The notes under the pieces are model-generated. The model worked only from the letters and a program-made list of their open reading frames with translations, was not told the origin of the DNA and did no database searches. This document shows positions 8,174-18,190 of a stretch of 64,000 nucleotides of DNA, one piece after another; the first letter of the stretch is position 1; every line of letters begins with the position of its first letter. The position numbers were made by a program, and so were the translations under genes. This DNA comes from a virus (lineage: Duplodnaviria; Caudoviricetes), in IMG/VR virus record IMGVR_UViG_3300028886_000059, positions 52,415 to 116,414 of that record; one strand, written 5' to 3'.

Positions 8174-8375
8174 AGGGCTTGCCGCAGAACGGGCAGAACT
8201 TCACCTTGTCATCCAAACCGATATAGCGATGGTGCTTTGAATAGTTCCCGCTTTTAGTCATTGGCTTGAACCATCCAGTAACATATATCCGACCATCAGG
8301 CGATACGTTTTCCACGCCTCCCAAACCGTACTTCTTACAAAGTTCAGCCTTAATCTTCACTACACAGTCACACAT
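8154..8375 (-). CDS. Zn-finger hypothetical
   Basis: MCDC...FCPFCG. Confidence 0.7.
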   Translation of the reverse strand: MCDCVVKIKAELCKKYGLGGVENVSPDGRIYVTGWFKPMTKSGNYSKHHRYIGLDDKVKFCPFCGKPYDEKTK

Positions 8376-8381
8376 AGTCTA

Positions 8382-8723
8382 TTATTTCTTAAATGGATTC
8401 TGAAACACTAACTTTGTCTTTTTTATAAAATCCCTTCCAGCAGTTCCCTTCGGTGCTGTTTCTTCATACCAAACGACTCTCCGCAATAGAAGAGACTTTG
8501 AATTGATATGCAACCAGCACCGATGTTCCTTTGATGGGCTACAACATTCAAAGTCACAACAACATTCATCACGCCAAGGGTTATGTATGGCGATGCCAAA
8601 CACTTGCAAGAAAGACTGAATACGCGCAGAAAAAGCAATGTTTTTCCGAAAAGCAGTCTTCCAGTAATATTTTCTGTAATACCAAAATTTTTTCATACAA
8701 CTATTTCTTACGTCTGTTGGCAT
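8382..8723 (-). CDS. Hypothetical protein
   Basis: Operon packing. Confidence 0.5.
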   Translation of the reverse strand: MPTDVRNSCMKKFWYYRKYYWKTAFRKNIAFSARIQSFLQVFGIAIHNPWRDECCCDFECCSPSKEHRCWLHINSKSLLLRRVVWYEETAPKGTAGRDFIKKTKLVFQNPFKK

Positions 8724-8967
8724 AGATTTTCATGGCCGTCTTTTTGTTCCGTGCCATGATTCTCTCGCCGTGGATTATAAACTCATGCTCCTGCATGTTC
8801 ACACCATACATCTGATGATTCCGTGCCTTTTCCTCTTCGGTAAGTTCACGGCCTCCAGTGCCTCTATATCTTCTACGTGTGCCAGTATCATAGATAGACC
8901 TATCGCCAGCACCCGCAACAGCTGCCATCATCAGCGTAGCGGCCATCAATTTGCTAATCTTACTCAT
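8701..8967 (-). CDS. Hypothetical protein
   Basis: Operon packing. Confidence 0.65.
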   Translation of the reverse strand: MSKISKLMAATLMMAAVAGAGDRSIYDTGTRRRYRGTGGRELTEEEKARNHQMYGVNMQEHEFIIHGERIMARNKKTAMKIYANRRKK

Positions 8968-9097
8968 TTCGGTTCCTCCTCTGCCTTTTCAGGTCGCCAT
9001 TCGTTGAAGAATCCGCATTCACGGGCGGCATTGTCATGGTTGCCAAATCCCGTCTTATGCAAATCCAGTTCCTTGAACTCGGCCATCTTTCTTACAT

Positions 9098-9727
9098 TCA
9101 TAACCATTCGATTTTATTGTTTGTGATATAGTAGTGTGACTTGCAGGGAAATTCAAAGTTCCCTACAGACGGGCGCATCGTTACCGTTCCATCATCGTTC
9201 TTTGTCAGACTCCAGCCGCCAGCCTTGAACGGCATGACTACCAACTCGCCACATCCACAGGCGCACAGGTGGGATGTCGTTTCAAACTTTTCGCTGATAT
9301 ACAGTTTCCCGTATTCCAGCTGATGCGGCAAATGCTCGACAAAGACAGGCTCGATTCTTTCAAGTGGCTTTCCAAGCGTTTTCTCATTGTGAAGTTCAAT
9401 CCTGATGGCCTCCTGTAATGGCGGCAGAATCTTCGCGGCAAATCGCTTGCACGATGCCTCGACTTTTCGGCCTGTTGCTGTGTATGATATTCCGCTATAC
9501 ATCTTGTCACCGAAATAGTCAACACCGATATTAAGGATGAACTCGCGAAAATCATCCCTGCCTGTGCTGCCCCAGCAGAAATTGAAATTGCCCCAATCTG
9601 TGACAGCGAAGAAATAGCCGTCGCCAGTCAGAATTACACGGCCAAGAAAGCCGCCAAACTCATTGTGAAGAATATACATCCACACAACAACACCGTTTCC
9701 GTGATTATTTGTTATTACATTTTTCAT
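9098..9727 (-). CDS. Two-domain protein with C-terminal DUF6527-like domain
   Basis: Start MKNVIT at 9727; HLCACGCG...W...PSVGN...CKSHY. Confidence 0.65.
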   Translation of the reverse strand: MKNVITNNHGNGVVVWMYILHNEFGGFLGRVILTGDGYFFAVTDWGNFNFCWGSTGRDDFREFILNIGVDYFGDKMYSGISYTATGRKVEASCKRFAAKILPPLQEAIRIELHNEKTLGKPLERIEPVFVEHLPHQLEYGKLYISEKFETTSHLCACGCGELVVMPFKAGGWSLTKNDDGTVTMRPSVGNFEFPCKSHYYITNNKIEWL

Positions 9728-9728
9728 T

Positions 9729-9998
9729 TTAATCCAATTTGTGATATACATGAAACCACCTGTTATCCAGTGTGCGCACCGTACCGATAAACTCCAGCTT
9801 GCCGCGCAACATCTGACGTTCCTCGTACATGATGACCTGAACATCCTCAAAGTCATCATTACCCAAGTCTATCTCCGCAAACAGGCAGATAGTCGGCAAA
9901 AGGTTTTCCACCGTCAGAATCCTGTACCCCTTCGGCATCGTCACCTTCTGCACGACGTTACTCTGCGCCTGTAGCGGATATTTCATTATCGTTTTCAT
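9729..9998 (-). CDS. Hypothetical phage protein
   Basis: Operon packing. Confidence 0.7.
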   Translation of the reverse strand: MKTIMKYPLQAQSNVVQKVTMPKGYRILTVENLLPTICLFAEIDLGNDDFEDVQVIMYEERQMLRGKLEFIGTVRTLDNRWFHVYHKLD

Positions 9999-10639
9999 TC
10001 CGCTTTGTATTTCGGTGCTGGTATGCCCTTTGCACGGTTCAGCACATACTCATATACCTTGTTGCAGAAATCATCGCCAAGAAAGGCATTTGACTTTGCG
10101 GCTTCATCCAGCCCGCACTCAAAGAACTGCGTTTTTGTGATTGAAGAAACATGGTAACGCTTCTGAATGGCACTCATTCCGTTCAGGTTGCCGTTCTTTC
10201 GATACAGCATGACAACATCATTCAGATACCATTTGAAGTTTTCCTGCTTGCGTTCCTTGTTGGTCATCGTATGTGTGCCGCCTGTCTGCTGTTTCAGCGT
10301 GTCAACAGCAAACTCCAATGCTGCGATAAGGGTGTCAAGTTCACAATCACCGCCGAATGTCAGTTCAACGAGGCTTGCATCGTCAATTTCCACATCCTTA
10401 TAGCTGGCATCATCCACGGAGTAGCCCTTCACCCTGCATCTCATATCGGTGCTGGCTTCATCCTTAATCTTTAGATAAGTACGGCCACCATGCCCGCTGT
10501 CGCCACCACAATAGCCAGTTGTTCCAACTTCTACCGTGATAATGTTTGCACTGACAATCTCCTGCGACAAAGTTTCAATCTTCGCTCCGTCGATTTCGAT
10601 TTGACCCTTTACGGGTTCACTACTTCCATATTCAACCAT
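9995..10639 (-). CDS. Hypothetical phage protein
   Basis: GTTGYCGGDSGHGGRT motif; operon packing. Confidence 0.75.
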   Translation of the reverse strand: MVEYGSSEPVKGQIEIDGAKIETLSQEIVSANIITVEVGTTGYCGGDSGHGGRTYLKIKDEASTDMRCRVKGYSVDDASYKDVEIDDASLVELTFGGDCELDTLIAALEFAVDTLKQQTGGTHTMTNKERKQENFKWYLNDVVMLYRKNGNLNGMSAIQKRYHVSSITKTQFFECGLDEAAKSNAFLGDDFCNKVYEYVLNRAKGIPAPKYKAE

Positions 10640-10641
10640 AA

Positions 10642-11064
10642 TTATTCTGTTTTTGTTTTACTTTGATGACCTTCACAGCTATCTGTCTTTTCAATGCCGA
10701 TGAATTGGCGCAATGTGCATTTCTTCCCAGCACGATGCAGACAACTTTCACACGACGGCTCAAACAGGATTTCCATTTCCCTGCCACCATCCTGCATACC
10801 TTTCACAAAATAGTATTCGACATGTGCGCCGTTGCTTTTCAGCCAGTTCGCCAGCATATAGATACCGTCGCACTTTCGCAGTTCCTCAAGGTCAACCATC
10901 AAGTAATCGTCAAACTCCTTGCAGTTGGTCTTGTCAAACTTCCACGGATTCACAGGCTCATATCCCTGCTTGGCCAAATACTTTTCAGCACGTTCAAAAA
11001 GCATCTGCGAATACATGGGCGGCAAACCTGCAATCTTACCTGAAATATAGATTCTCTTCATCAC
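10642..11064 (-). CDS. DUF4406 / nucleoside deoxyribosyltransferase-like protein
   Basis: IYISGKI, VNP, CDGIYML.NW..SNGA..E. Confidence 0.85.
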   Translation of the reverse strand: MMKRIYISGKIAGLPPMYSQMLFERAEKYLAKQGYEPVNPWKFDKTNCKEFDDYLMVDLEELRKCDGIYMLANWLKSNGAHVEYYFVKGMQDGGREMEILFEPSCESCLHRAGKKCTLRQFIGIEKTDSCEGHQSKTKTE

Positions 11065-11405
11065 TTGACCCTCCTATAAATCATTCCGTCGCAGCTGCCC
11101 TTGGTGTAGTCAGTACCCACGCCATAGTAGGGATGCTTGCAGTCGTTTTTCTTTCTAAAGCAACAACCCTCACAGCAATGCTTACTATTGCTTTCCGTCT
11201 GCTGGTAGGTCTTGCCGTCATGCGTAAACCTGATGTACTTCTTTCGCCACGGTGCTTTGCCGTTGATTTCGTCGGCTGCTTCATGCACGGCCTTATTCAG
11301 CTTTGCCAGCACACCGTATTTCAATAATCTGTTGGCATAGCTGGTGACTTTGATTGTACCGTCATCATTCGTGATGACCTCGCACTTATAGATATTCCGT
11401 TTCAT
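11061..11405 (-). CDS. Hypothetical protein
   Basis: Stop/start overlap. Confidence 0.65.
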   Translation of the reverse strand: MKRNIYKCEVITNDDGTIKVTSYANRLLKYGVLAKLNKAVHEAADEINGKAPWRKKYIRFTHDGKTYQQTESNSKHCCEGCCFRKKNDCKHPYYGVGTDYTKGSCDGMIYRRVK

Positions 11406-11767
11406 GCTTCAATCTTTGGTATCTGCATCCAGTGAGTAACCATTTCACAGCCATCAACGATAAACTTACCGTCAACGACATTCACCACACGCGCCTCGTT
11501 CTTAGGCATAATCCTTGCCAGCACAACCTTTTCTTCAGGGCGAACCTTCGCAGCAAGATTCCACTCGCTTTCACCTGCACCCTTCCAGCCGTGCCATTCC
11601 ATGTTTTTCTTGCTGGTCTCTGCAAGGCTTTCAAGATGGCGCGTAACAGAATCGGCAATGATATGGTCGGGCATGTTGCACTCGTTATCCCATCCGAATT
11701 GATTCAGCAGGGATGCCAGTTTTTCTTTGAACTCCTTCGTTTCCATACTATTCAGCAGATTCAGCAT
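11402..11767 (-). CDS. Hypothetical protein with DUF551-like C-terminus
   Basis: VTHWMQIP ending. Confidence 0.6.
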   Translation of the reverse strand: MLNLLNSMETKEFKEKLASLLNQFGWDNECNMPDHIIADSVTRHLESLAETSKKNMEWHGWKGAGESEWNLAAKVRPEEKVVLARIMPKNEARVVNVVDGKFIVDGCEMVTHWMQIPKIEA

Positions 11768-12014
11768 TTTCTTCTTTGGTTTCTACTGGCTTCGGCAGCA
11801 GGGCGAGATACTCCTCCTCGCTGATGCGCTGGTAAACGAAGATGACAACGCTTCCACGGGGTTCAAATCCCGCATTGATGGCCGTATGATAGGTATTCTT
11901 CTGAATCTCCTCATAGGTCGGCACTTCGTCATAGAACTGTGTGCTGTTACAGACACCGTTCCCAACCGCCACATTCGATGTGACCATGTAATAAGTCTTT
12001 TTCATTTTACCCAT
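11748..12014 (-). CDS. Hypothetical protein
   Basis: Operon packing. Confidence 0.6.
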   Translation of the reverse strand: MGKMKKTYYMVTSNVAVGNGVCNSTQFYDEVPTYEEIQKNTYHTAINAGFEPRGSVVIFVYQRISEEEYLALLPKPVETKEENAESAE

Positions 12015-12262
12015 AATTCTTTTGTCGTTTTTGTTACAAATTCTATATGATATTTCTTATCCTTCAACGATGGCCGCTTCTGTTCCACATATTCATAGAA
12101 CGCCGTCATCGGTATGTCAAAGACTGGCCTTTCACCTTCATAGCCTGTCAGGTATTCAAACCCAAGAGCCATTGTCAGGGTGCAAATCCAACGCCCGCCT
12201 AACATTACATCGAATTTGACTGAATAGAAGGGGGTATTTTTTGCCTTTTTCAAACATTGCAT
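12002..12262 (-). CDS. Hypothetical protein
   Basis: Operon packing. Confidence 0.6.
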   Translation of the reverse strand: MQCLKKAKNTPFYSVKFDVMLGGRWICTLTMALGFEYLTGYEGERPVFDIPMTAFYEYVEQKRPSLKDKKYHIEFVTKTTKELWVK

Positions 12263-12274
12263 ACTTTGGCAGAT

Positions 12275-12616
12275 TTAGAGGTGAGTGTATAAACCAGTCA
12301 TTTCGGTGAAAGTGGCCTGCACCATGTCGCAATAAACGCCCTTTGTCTCAGCGACTATTTTCTCAGTCGTTTCATAGGTCTTGCGGCTTGTGGTCTTACG
12401 AATCAGCTGCATAACATACGAATCCATTGCAGAATCATAAATCATCTTGAAGAAATTGGCAGATGTCTTGTTTCTACCTATATTCATAGAAAGAATGACG
12501 TTGCCACCCTTGCAGTCATAAACGGCCATCTTAACGCCTACCATGTAGCGAAAACTGCTACCACCTAACTGCTTCATCATTTCGTTGGCTATTGCCTTAA
12601 CTTGCTGCTTATCCAT
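12275..12616 (-). CDS. Hypothetical phage protein
   Basis: First gene after promoter and leader B; QLGG..F...TGLYTHL. Confidence 0.8.
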   Translation of the reverse strand: MDKQQVKAIANEMMKQLGGSSFRYMVGVKMAVYDCKGGNVILSMNIGRNKTSANFFKMIYDSAMDSYVMQLIRKTTSRKTYETTEKIVAETKGVYCDMVQATFTEMTGLYTHL

Positions 12617-12622
12617 GTTGTC

Positions 12623-12667
12623 TGTGCCTGTTTGTCATCAGTCGGCTCTTCTGTTCTAAATGGTTTT
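12623..12667 (-). ncRNA. Conserved pseudoknot leader, copy B
   Basis: 12621-12662 is identical over 42 bp to 19840-19881. Confidence 0.65.
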
Positions 12668-12683
12668 GTTCTTATTTCTGTTG

Positions 12684-12805
12684 CAAAGATAGTGATTATT
12701 TTCAGAACTACCAAATTTTTTCGTGAGTATTTTCAACCTAAATGCTTGTTTTAAGATTATTTAATAAATTAAATTGCTTTATTTATATAATAATGTGTAT
12801 CTTTG
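12684..12805. promoter_or_regulatory. Divergent promoters with operator-like boxes
   Basis: TATCTTTG on - (12684-12691) and + (12798-12805); boxes at 12693, 12724, 12765. Confidence 0.7.
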
Positions 12806-12834
12806 CACTCGAATTACAAAACGGAAATAGAATT

Positions 12835-13140
12835 ATGCTACGACTGAAAGAAATTTTGAAGGAGAAAGGTATGACTGGAGTACAACTTGCTGCACTCATC
12901 AAGAATGAAAAAGGCGAGCCAGTAACACCTCAGTACATCAACGGTATCGCCCGTGGACGTGGCAGCATATCCTTTAAGAAACTCAAGGAGATTGCAGATG
13001 CCCTTGGCGTGACGATGGCCGAATTGTTTGATGACTACAGGGAGCGCGATGCAAGCGTCGTGTTCTGCCCTAACTGCAATGAACGCCTGCGCCTTGTCAA
13101 AGACGATGACGATTCCATCAAGGCAGTATCAGAGAAATAG
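12835..13140 (+). CDS. XRE/Cro-type HTH regulator
   Basis: MLRLKEILKEKGMTGVQLA...IADALGV; C-terminal CPNC. Confidence 0.85.
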   Translation: MLRLKEILKEKGMTGVQLAALIKNEKGEPVTPQYINGIARGRGSISFKKLKEIADALGVTMAELFDDYRERDASVVFCPNCNERLRLVKDDDDSIKAVSEK

Positions 13141-13166
13141 GGAGTAATACTTCCGCACACTCCCTA
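13138..13166. terminator. Hairpin between convergent genes
   Basis: TAGGGAGT...ACTCCCTA. Confidence 0.55.
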
Positions 13167-13787
13167 TTTTACCCTTTGTCCTAATGCTATCTTGAACACA
13201 TCCTTATCAGGAGCACCCCATTCAGGATTACCCCTGCCAGCAGATATATTGAACACTTCAAACAGCATCCTGCGTGACCAGTCATCACGTTTCGGATAGC
13301 CCAGCGAAAACTCGACATGCGTATATGGTATCATAAAGGCCATAGGCGCAAATTCCATACCTCGCGGCAAATACATGTAATTGACCAGCCGCTTATTCCA
13401 AAATGCGTTGATTTCCCTGTATTCCTCCAACTTGATTCCAGCCTCTATCATCCTGTACCATTCTGCTTTCAATGACAGATGCAGGACGCGCTCCTCTTTC
13501 AGGTGCTCAAAAACGCACAGCAGGCCACGATAATAGTTGTGTACCTGTTCGGAGACCTCATCCAGCAGGATTTCTTCTATTGTCTTATCCGTACAGGTTG
13601 TGCTATCGCTATTCAGCCATTCGTGTTGCTCGATTTCCTCTTCCGTTTTCCAAACAGATTCATCAAGCGGTGTCAGCAGCCAGTCATCATGCTTTGGCAG
13701 CATTCTTGTGTTGATGCCTACATATTCCCCTTGGTCAACATAATCCAGCAGAACCATGTCTCTGACCGTTTTATACTTCATTTCCAT
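13164..13787 (-). CDS. Protein with C-terminal ASCH domain
   Basis: LHLSLKAEWYRMIEAGIKLEEYRE. Confidence 0.8.
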   Translation of the reverse strand: MEMKYKTVRDMVLLDYVDQGEYVGINTRMLPKHDDWLLTPLDESVWKTEEEIEQHEWLNSDSTTCTDKTIEEILLDEVSEQVHNYYRGLLCVFEHLKEERVLHLSLKAEWYRMIEAGIKLEEYREINAFWNKRLVNYMYLPRGMEFAPMAFMIPYTHVEFSLGYPKRDDWSRRMLFEVFNISAGRGNPEWGAPDKDVFKIALGQRVK

Positions 13788-14058
13788 AGACAGGCATTAT
13801 AAATAAATGTTCGGGATTCAGGATAACAGGCAGCGCATAGGCATTCTGTTTCATCACTTCAATGCGCTTTTCCGCTTCCTTCGCTACGGCTTCTTTATAT
13901 AACAGTTCACCAACCCGCAAATCAGCAGACTTATAGGCGATGACCCTTTTCATACCTTCATTGTAGTCGAATCTGTCACAGCCGCGTTTCTTCGCTTTAC
14001 GAATCCAGCGGACTAACTTTCCGATAGCCCGCCGCTCTTTCTTCGTTCTACCCTTCAT
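13771..14058 (-). CDS. Hypothetical protein
   Basis: Operon packing. Confidence 0.6.
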   Translation of the reverse strand: MKGRTKKERRAIGKLVRWIRKAKKRGCDRFDYNEGMKRVIAYKSADLRVGELLYKEAVAKEAEKRIEVMKQNAYALPVILNPEHLFIMPVYGNEV

Positions 14059-14905
14059 GTTTCATTATTTCATGTAACAGATAATCGTCGTGCTTCCAGC
14101 CGTCAATCTTGCCGAAAGCATCAATGTGCATAATGATGTAGTCGCCATCGTTCTCACAGCCACAGCACAGGATTTCGGGTACATATCCGCAATACTCCTT
14201 GACACAATGACCGTCATTATCAAGCACCGATATTCCGCATTCATCGCACACCTTATAATGGATGTCGGCAGTAATGCCCAACTCCCAATTCTTGACCTCT
14301 CCAGTCTTGATGTCGATTACGGGCTTCCAAATATAGCCGTCTTTGCCGTCAGGTATGGCACATGGCATTTTCGGATGTTCGTTGTCATCCCTTACACCAT
14401 TCAGCTTTCCATCTTCCCAATATCTTACTCCAGCAGACAGAACCAGTTGAGCCAAATTTGAATATGACTTCTTGCACTTCTGCTCCTTCCACCACTGAGG
14501 CTCCAGCATTTCAGGATTGTCATACTTATTGCCGACAACTTCAAACTCCTTGCCAAAGTCACGCCACCAGTCATCAGCAGGAACACCCCAAGGGTACAGC
14601 CATTCACGTTTCAAATCCTGAATGTTTGCCGTACAGAAAGCGGCACGGTTATCCTTGAATGCTACCAGCTTCGGATATTCCAGCCCGATAGCGATAATGT
14701 CACCGTCAAAGATTCGCTTGCCGTTCTTATCCTTCAATCCGATGTACTGGCCTATGGTATCTTCGGCCACATCAGACTCCAGCCCGCTACTTTCCTTGAT
14801 GGTCACTTTCTCGCACCGTGGGCGGTTGTAGTGAATCAAGTCACCTTCTACCCACTGGCCATCATGTTCGGCCTTTGCCCTAAACAGTATTTCCATAATC
14901 TTCAA
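14048..14905 (-). CDS. YopX-family protein with extra C-terminal domain
   Basis: ILFRAK, GQYIGLKDKNGKRIFDGDI, VVGNKYDNPE. Confidence 0.85.
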   Translation of the reverse strand: MKIMEILFRAKAEHDGQWVEGDLIHYNRPRCEKVTIKESSGLESDVAEDTIGQYIGLKDKNGKRIFDGDIIAIGLEYPKLVAFKDNRAAFCTANIQDLKREWLYPWGVPADDWWRDFGKEFEVVGNKYDNPEMLEPQWWKEQKCKKSYSNLAQLVLSAGVRYWEDGKLNGVRDDNEHPKMPCAIPDGKDGYIWKPVIDIKTGEVKNWELGITADIHYKVCDECGISVLDNDGHCVKEYCGYVPEILCCGCENDGDYIIMHIDAFGKIDGWKHDDYLLHEIMKHEG

Positions 14906-15108
14906 TGTTTTACCATACCTACATAAGTTTTTGTACGGCCATCAGTTTCATCTAAATGATAAACTTTGATGGTTGTTCCCAAAGGAGCACGGCGCACTAT
15001 CTTTTTGGCCAAATCGAGTGCTGCATCGTCATCCTTGCAATGTTTGTTAGCGCAATCGTCAATGCCCTTACCTTTGATGTATAAGAGATAACTTTCCATA
15101 TCAATCAT
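14902..15108 (-). CDS. Hypothetical protein
   Basis: Operon packing. Confidence 0.55.
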   Translation of the reverse strand: MIDMESYLLYIKGKGIDDCANKHCKDDDAALDLAKKIVRRAPLGTTIKVYHLDETDGRTKTYVGMVKH

Positions 15109-15247
15109 CCTTATTATTATTACCTGTATAATAGTTTATCGTCGGCCTTATTGCCTGTGCGATAATCACCAGCCCCAGCCAGCAAAGCAATGCAGTAATG
15201 GGGTGTGATTCAACAGCCACAAAGAACTCATTCATCTTTTCCAATTA

Positions 15248-15952
15248 TTATTTTTGATTTTCATTTACTATTTCATAAATCGGCTGAACCCTGCAATCAC
15301 CAAAGATGCTTAACTCCATATCGCAACATGTTCCATATCTGCGTTTGTATTCTTCATCCAGCTTTGATGATTCATCCCACACGCGGATTTTCTTGTTACG
15401 TCCTTTTCCAACATACTGCGCCACATAGACATGGCCTTTCACAGACATGCAGCCGTTGTCATATAATGCCCGAATGCGAAACTCACCATCCAGTAAACCA
15501 TTCTTGGGCGGCTGCGGTTTCTTCACTTCCAGCAGTTCGGGATTGTCGTAGCGATTACCTACGACTAACAGCCTGTCACGCCATGCCGTTAGTCCGATGT
15601 ACGATGAACTGCCGACTTGTTTCCCACGCATCCCACAATCATGCCAAACGACTACATAGAGAAAACCGTGCTCGCCATTGCGAACAATGTCACCCTCGTA
15701 TATTGATGTTCCATTGGAGTCTTTCAGTCCTGTGTTCTGCCCGATTGTATCAGGGTCGCAGATAGCGACTTCCTCGTAGCCAAAGACAAGAGCCACGTTC
15801 TCAAGTTTATCCACTTCTTCATCAAATGTAAGGTTACGATTGGTGATGATAACAAGTACTTTCTTGCCGTTATAACTGGCATTGTGCAAATCTCCATATT
15901 TCCACATGCCATCGTCATTGCACCTACCTCTGAAATTTATTGTTCTTTCCAT
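15248..15952 (-). CDS. YopX-family protein with extra C-terminal domain
   Basis: MERTINFRG, GQNTGLKD, IYEGDI, VGNRYDNPEL. Confidence 0.85.
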   Translation of the reverse strand: MERTINFRGRCNDDGMWKYGDLHNASYNGKKVLVIITNRNLTFDEEVDKLENVALVFGYEEVAICDPDTIGQNTGLKDSNGTSIYEGDIVRNGEHGFLYVVVWHDCGMRGKQVGSSSYIGLTAWRDRLLVVGNRYDNPELLEVKKPQPPKNGLLDGEFRIRALYDNGCMSVKGHVYVAQYVGKGRNKKIRVWDESSKLDEEYKRRYGTCCDMELSIFGDCRVQPIYEIVNENQK

Positions 15953-16349
15953 TGCAAAATTCGGGATTATCATAGATATTGCCGATTACCCAGCCTTTCA
16001 AAAACTCATAATCCAAGAAGTCGGTAATGCCATTCTTGACATTCCGAACAATCCAGCCATAGGCAGCGAAGCAATCCGTGACTGCTGGCCTGCCATGCCT
16101 TACATTGTGCTCTTTGTAGCCATATTCTACAACAACGACGTTTCCAAGAGGAGATTGGATGACATCGCCCTCATAGATTGGCGTGTCATTCTTGTCATGC
16201 AGACCAGTAAACTGCCCGACAGTCTTTTCATCGACTGTGCAATGCAAGCCGTCATCGTTAATCCAAACGAGGCCGTTGTCATGCAGCAAATCGCCGTGTC
16301 GCCACATTCCATCGTCTGTGCATTTGCCTCTGAACTTGATAATACGCAT
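15924..16349 (-). CDS. YopX-family protein
   Basis: MRIIKFRG, GQFTGLHD, IYEGD, IGNIYDNPE. Confidence 0.85.
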   Translation of the reverse strand: MRIIKFRGKCTDDGMWRHGDLLHDNGLVWINDDGLHCTVDEKTVGQFTGLHDKNDTPIYEGDVIQSPLGNVVVVEYGYKEHNVRHGRPAVTDCFAAYGWIVRNVKNGITDFLDYEFLKGWVIGNIYDNPEFCNGKNNKFQR

Positions 16350-16351
16350 AG

Positions 16352-16657
16352 CTATTTCTTTCTGTTTTTCACGCAGCCCTTGATAGAACCTTCCAGTATA
16401 GTTCTGTATTTCTTGCACTGTGCCGCAACCGTAGAAACGGCCATAGTGGTACTGCGAAGAATCAGCTTGTCAAAGTCCTGCGCGTCTTTCTGCGTCGCAT
16501 CGTAGATACACTGGCCTAACATTCCAGCAAGCGACTCAGAATCAATGCTGCCGACGTTTATAAACCCGTTATCATCACCACACATGATAAGGATGTTTTT
16601 GTTCTCACTTTTGGCCGCATCAGCAGCAGCCCTAATTGCCTGTTCTAACTTTTCCAT
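16352..16657 (-). CDS. Hypothetical protein
   Basis: Operon packing. Confidence 0.65.
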   Translation of the reverse strand: MEKLEQAIRAAADAAKSENKNILIMCGDDNGFINVGSIDSESLAGMLGQCIYDATQKDAQDFDKLILRSTTMAVSTVAAQCKKYRTILEGSIKGCVKNRKK

Positions 16658-16660
16658 ATT

Positions 16661-17164
16661 TCAATAATTTTCGTTTTGTCCTACATACACACACCCGTCA
16701 ACAGTTATTTGAGGGAATCGGCTTTCCGTATTAACCCTAATGTCAATCAGGTTGTTCTTTTCTATTTCATGCAGAATCTCCCTTACGCATGACTTTTTGG
16801 CTCTTTCTACCAATTCATTGATGCCACCAAATGCAGGGATTAAGTCCGCACGACCATTCCGACGCATCATTTCTTCACGTATATGTGCGTCGAATACTTC
16901 GCTTTCACCGATAAGCACATGGCTTTCAATACGAACAGAATTACGCGGCATCATAACGGTGTTCCGTCTTGAATTGGCTTCTTGATAATACATACAGCAA
17001 AAACGGTTGCAGTAGTCGATAGGCTTCAACCTGTCAGCATATTGCTCCAGCTTACCGCCGAGCCACCGTTTCCAAATCGGCTTTACATCATGTCCGTCTG
17101 CTATGCAAGCCAGCAGATACAGGATGCCAAATGATATATAAATAATCGCAATCGTCATAATCAA
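16661..17164 (-). CDS. Hypothetical protein with N-terminal TM helix
   Basis: Hydrophobic N-terminus. Confidence 0.65.
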   Translation of the reverse strand: MIMTIAIIYISFGILYLLACIADGHDVKPIWKRWLGGKLEQYADRLKPIDYCNRFCCMYYQEANSRRNTVMMPRNSVRIESHVLIGESEVFDAHIREEMMRRNGRADLIPAFGGINELVERAKKSCVREILHEIEKNNLIDIRVNTESRFPQITVDGCVYVGQNENY

Positions 17165-17391
17165 CAGTTTTTACAATCAACACAAATTCTATTTCCACAA
17201 CAGGGGCAGGTTATATAATACTGCCATTCATACATGTGGCTCTGCTGGCGTTCACATTCCGATTCTGTGTACTCCAGTTCCGCACCGCATTTATAGCATT
17301 TCGTCTGATTCACGGCCACAGGCTGCATCCTGTAATGCTTTGGCGGTTTCACTACCCTTACCATAATTCCTGCTGCTGTTGACCGAGCCAC
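17161..17391 (-). CDS. Zn-ribbon protein
   Basis: CYKC...CPCC. Confidence 0.65.
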   Translation of the reverse strand: MARSTAAGIMVRVVKPPKHYRMQPVAVNQTKCYKCGAELEYTESECERQQSHMYEWQYYITCPCCGNRICVDCKNC

Positions 17392-17798
17392 ACATCGAAC
17401 TTAATCATGGCATCTTCCATGTCGTACTGATTGCCGACAATTCGGGTCTTAGTGAAATCAAATCCCCTGCGAAGTGCCGTCTTGATGGTGACACGCTTTC
17501 CACGTTCTATCATACCCGATTCGTTCAGAGGTGCAATATACCAACCGCCCCACAGTTGAATGTAGTTTATCAGGTATGGCGTTTTCTGACCTTCTACAGC
17601 CAAAATGTCACGGTCAAAGATGAAATAATCCTCTTTGTCACGAAATCCCGTGTACTGGTCTATTGTGCCACGTTCCACCTGTACGGCCTTCGTGTTGTCA
17701 ACGCAAATCTCCATCGGCGCACGGTGCATCAGCAAGTCACCGTACACAAACTTTCTTGAAATAATCGCCCTTCCGCGAAAAAGAATAGTCCTATCCAT
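17358..17798 (-). CDS. YopX-family protein
   Basis: ILFRGR, QYTGFRD, IVGNQYD. Confidence 0.8.
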   Translation of the reverse strand: MDRTILFRGRAIISRKFVYGDLLMHRAPMEICVDNTKAVQVERGTIDQYTGFRDKEDYFIFDRDILAVEGQKTPYLINYIQLWGGWYIAPLNESGMIERGKRVTIKTALRRGFDFTKTRIVGNQYDMEDAMIKFDVWLGQQQQELW

Positions 17799-17799
17799 A

Positions 17800-18189
17800 T
17801 TACTTTTTGTTTATGATAAATCTTTGCCATGCACCGATATTCTCCATCAGCATATTGCCACCAACAATATTGAAGGTGTAATATGTTGTTCCGCTTTGGC
17901 CGTTGTAGGAGAAATTGTACCTGCCATTTTCGGCTGTCGTAACCACACATCTGCACAGGTACGCTTTATTCGATGTAGAAATAACGATATAAAGCTGGCC
18001 ATTCTTCGGCAATTCGCTTTCCAGCAGTTCATCATCAAATATGATAAACCCGTTCTTGTACTGAAACGTCATGCCAGCACGAAAGGCATCTGCAACCACG
18101 GCGGCAAACTCCTTCTCATGGTTATAGTCGTTTTCCGCTTTCTTGCAGACTGCATCCAGTTCATTCACATATTTTTCTGTATATCCCAT
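17800..18189 (-). CDS. Hypothetical protein
   Basis: Operon packing. Confidence 0.65.
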   Translation of the reverse strand: MGYTEKYVNELDAVCKKAENDYNHEKEFAAVVADAFRAGMTFQYKNGFIIFDDELLESELPKNGQLYIVISTSNKAYLCRCVVTTAENGRYNFSYNGQSGTTYYTFNIVGGNMLMENIGAWQRFIINKK

Positions 18190-18190
18190 A

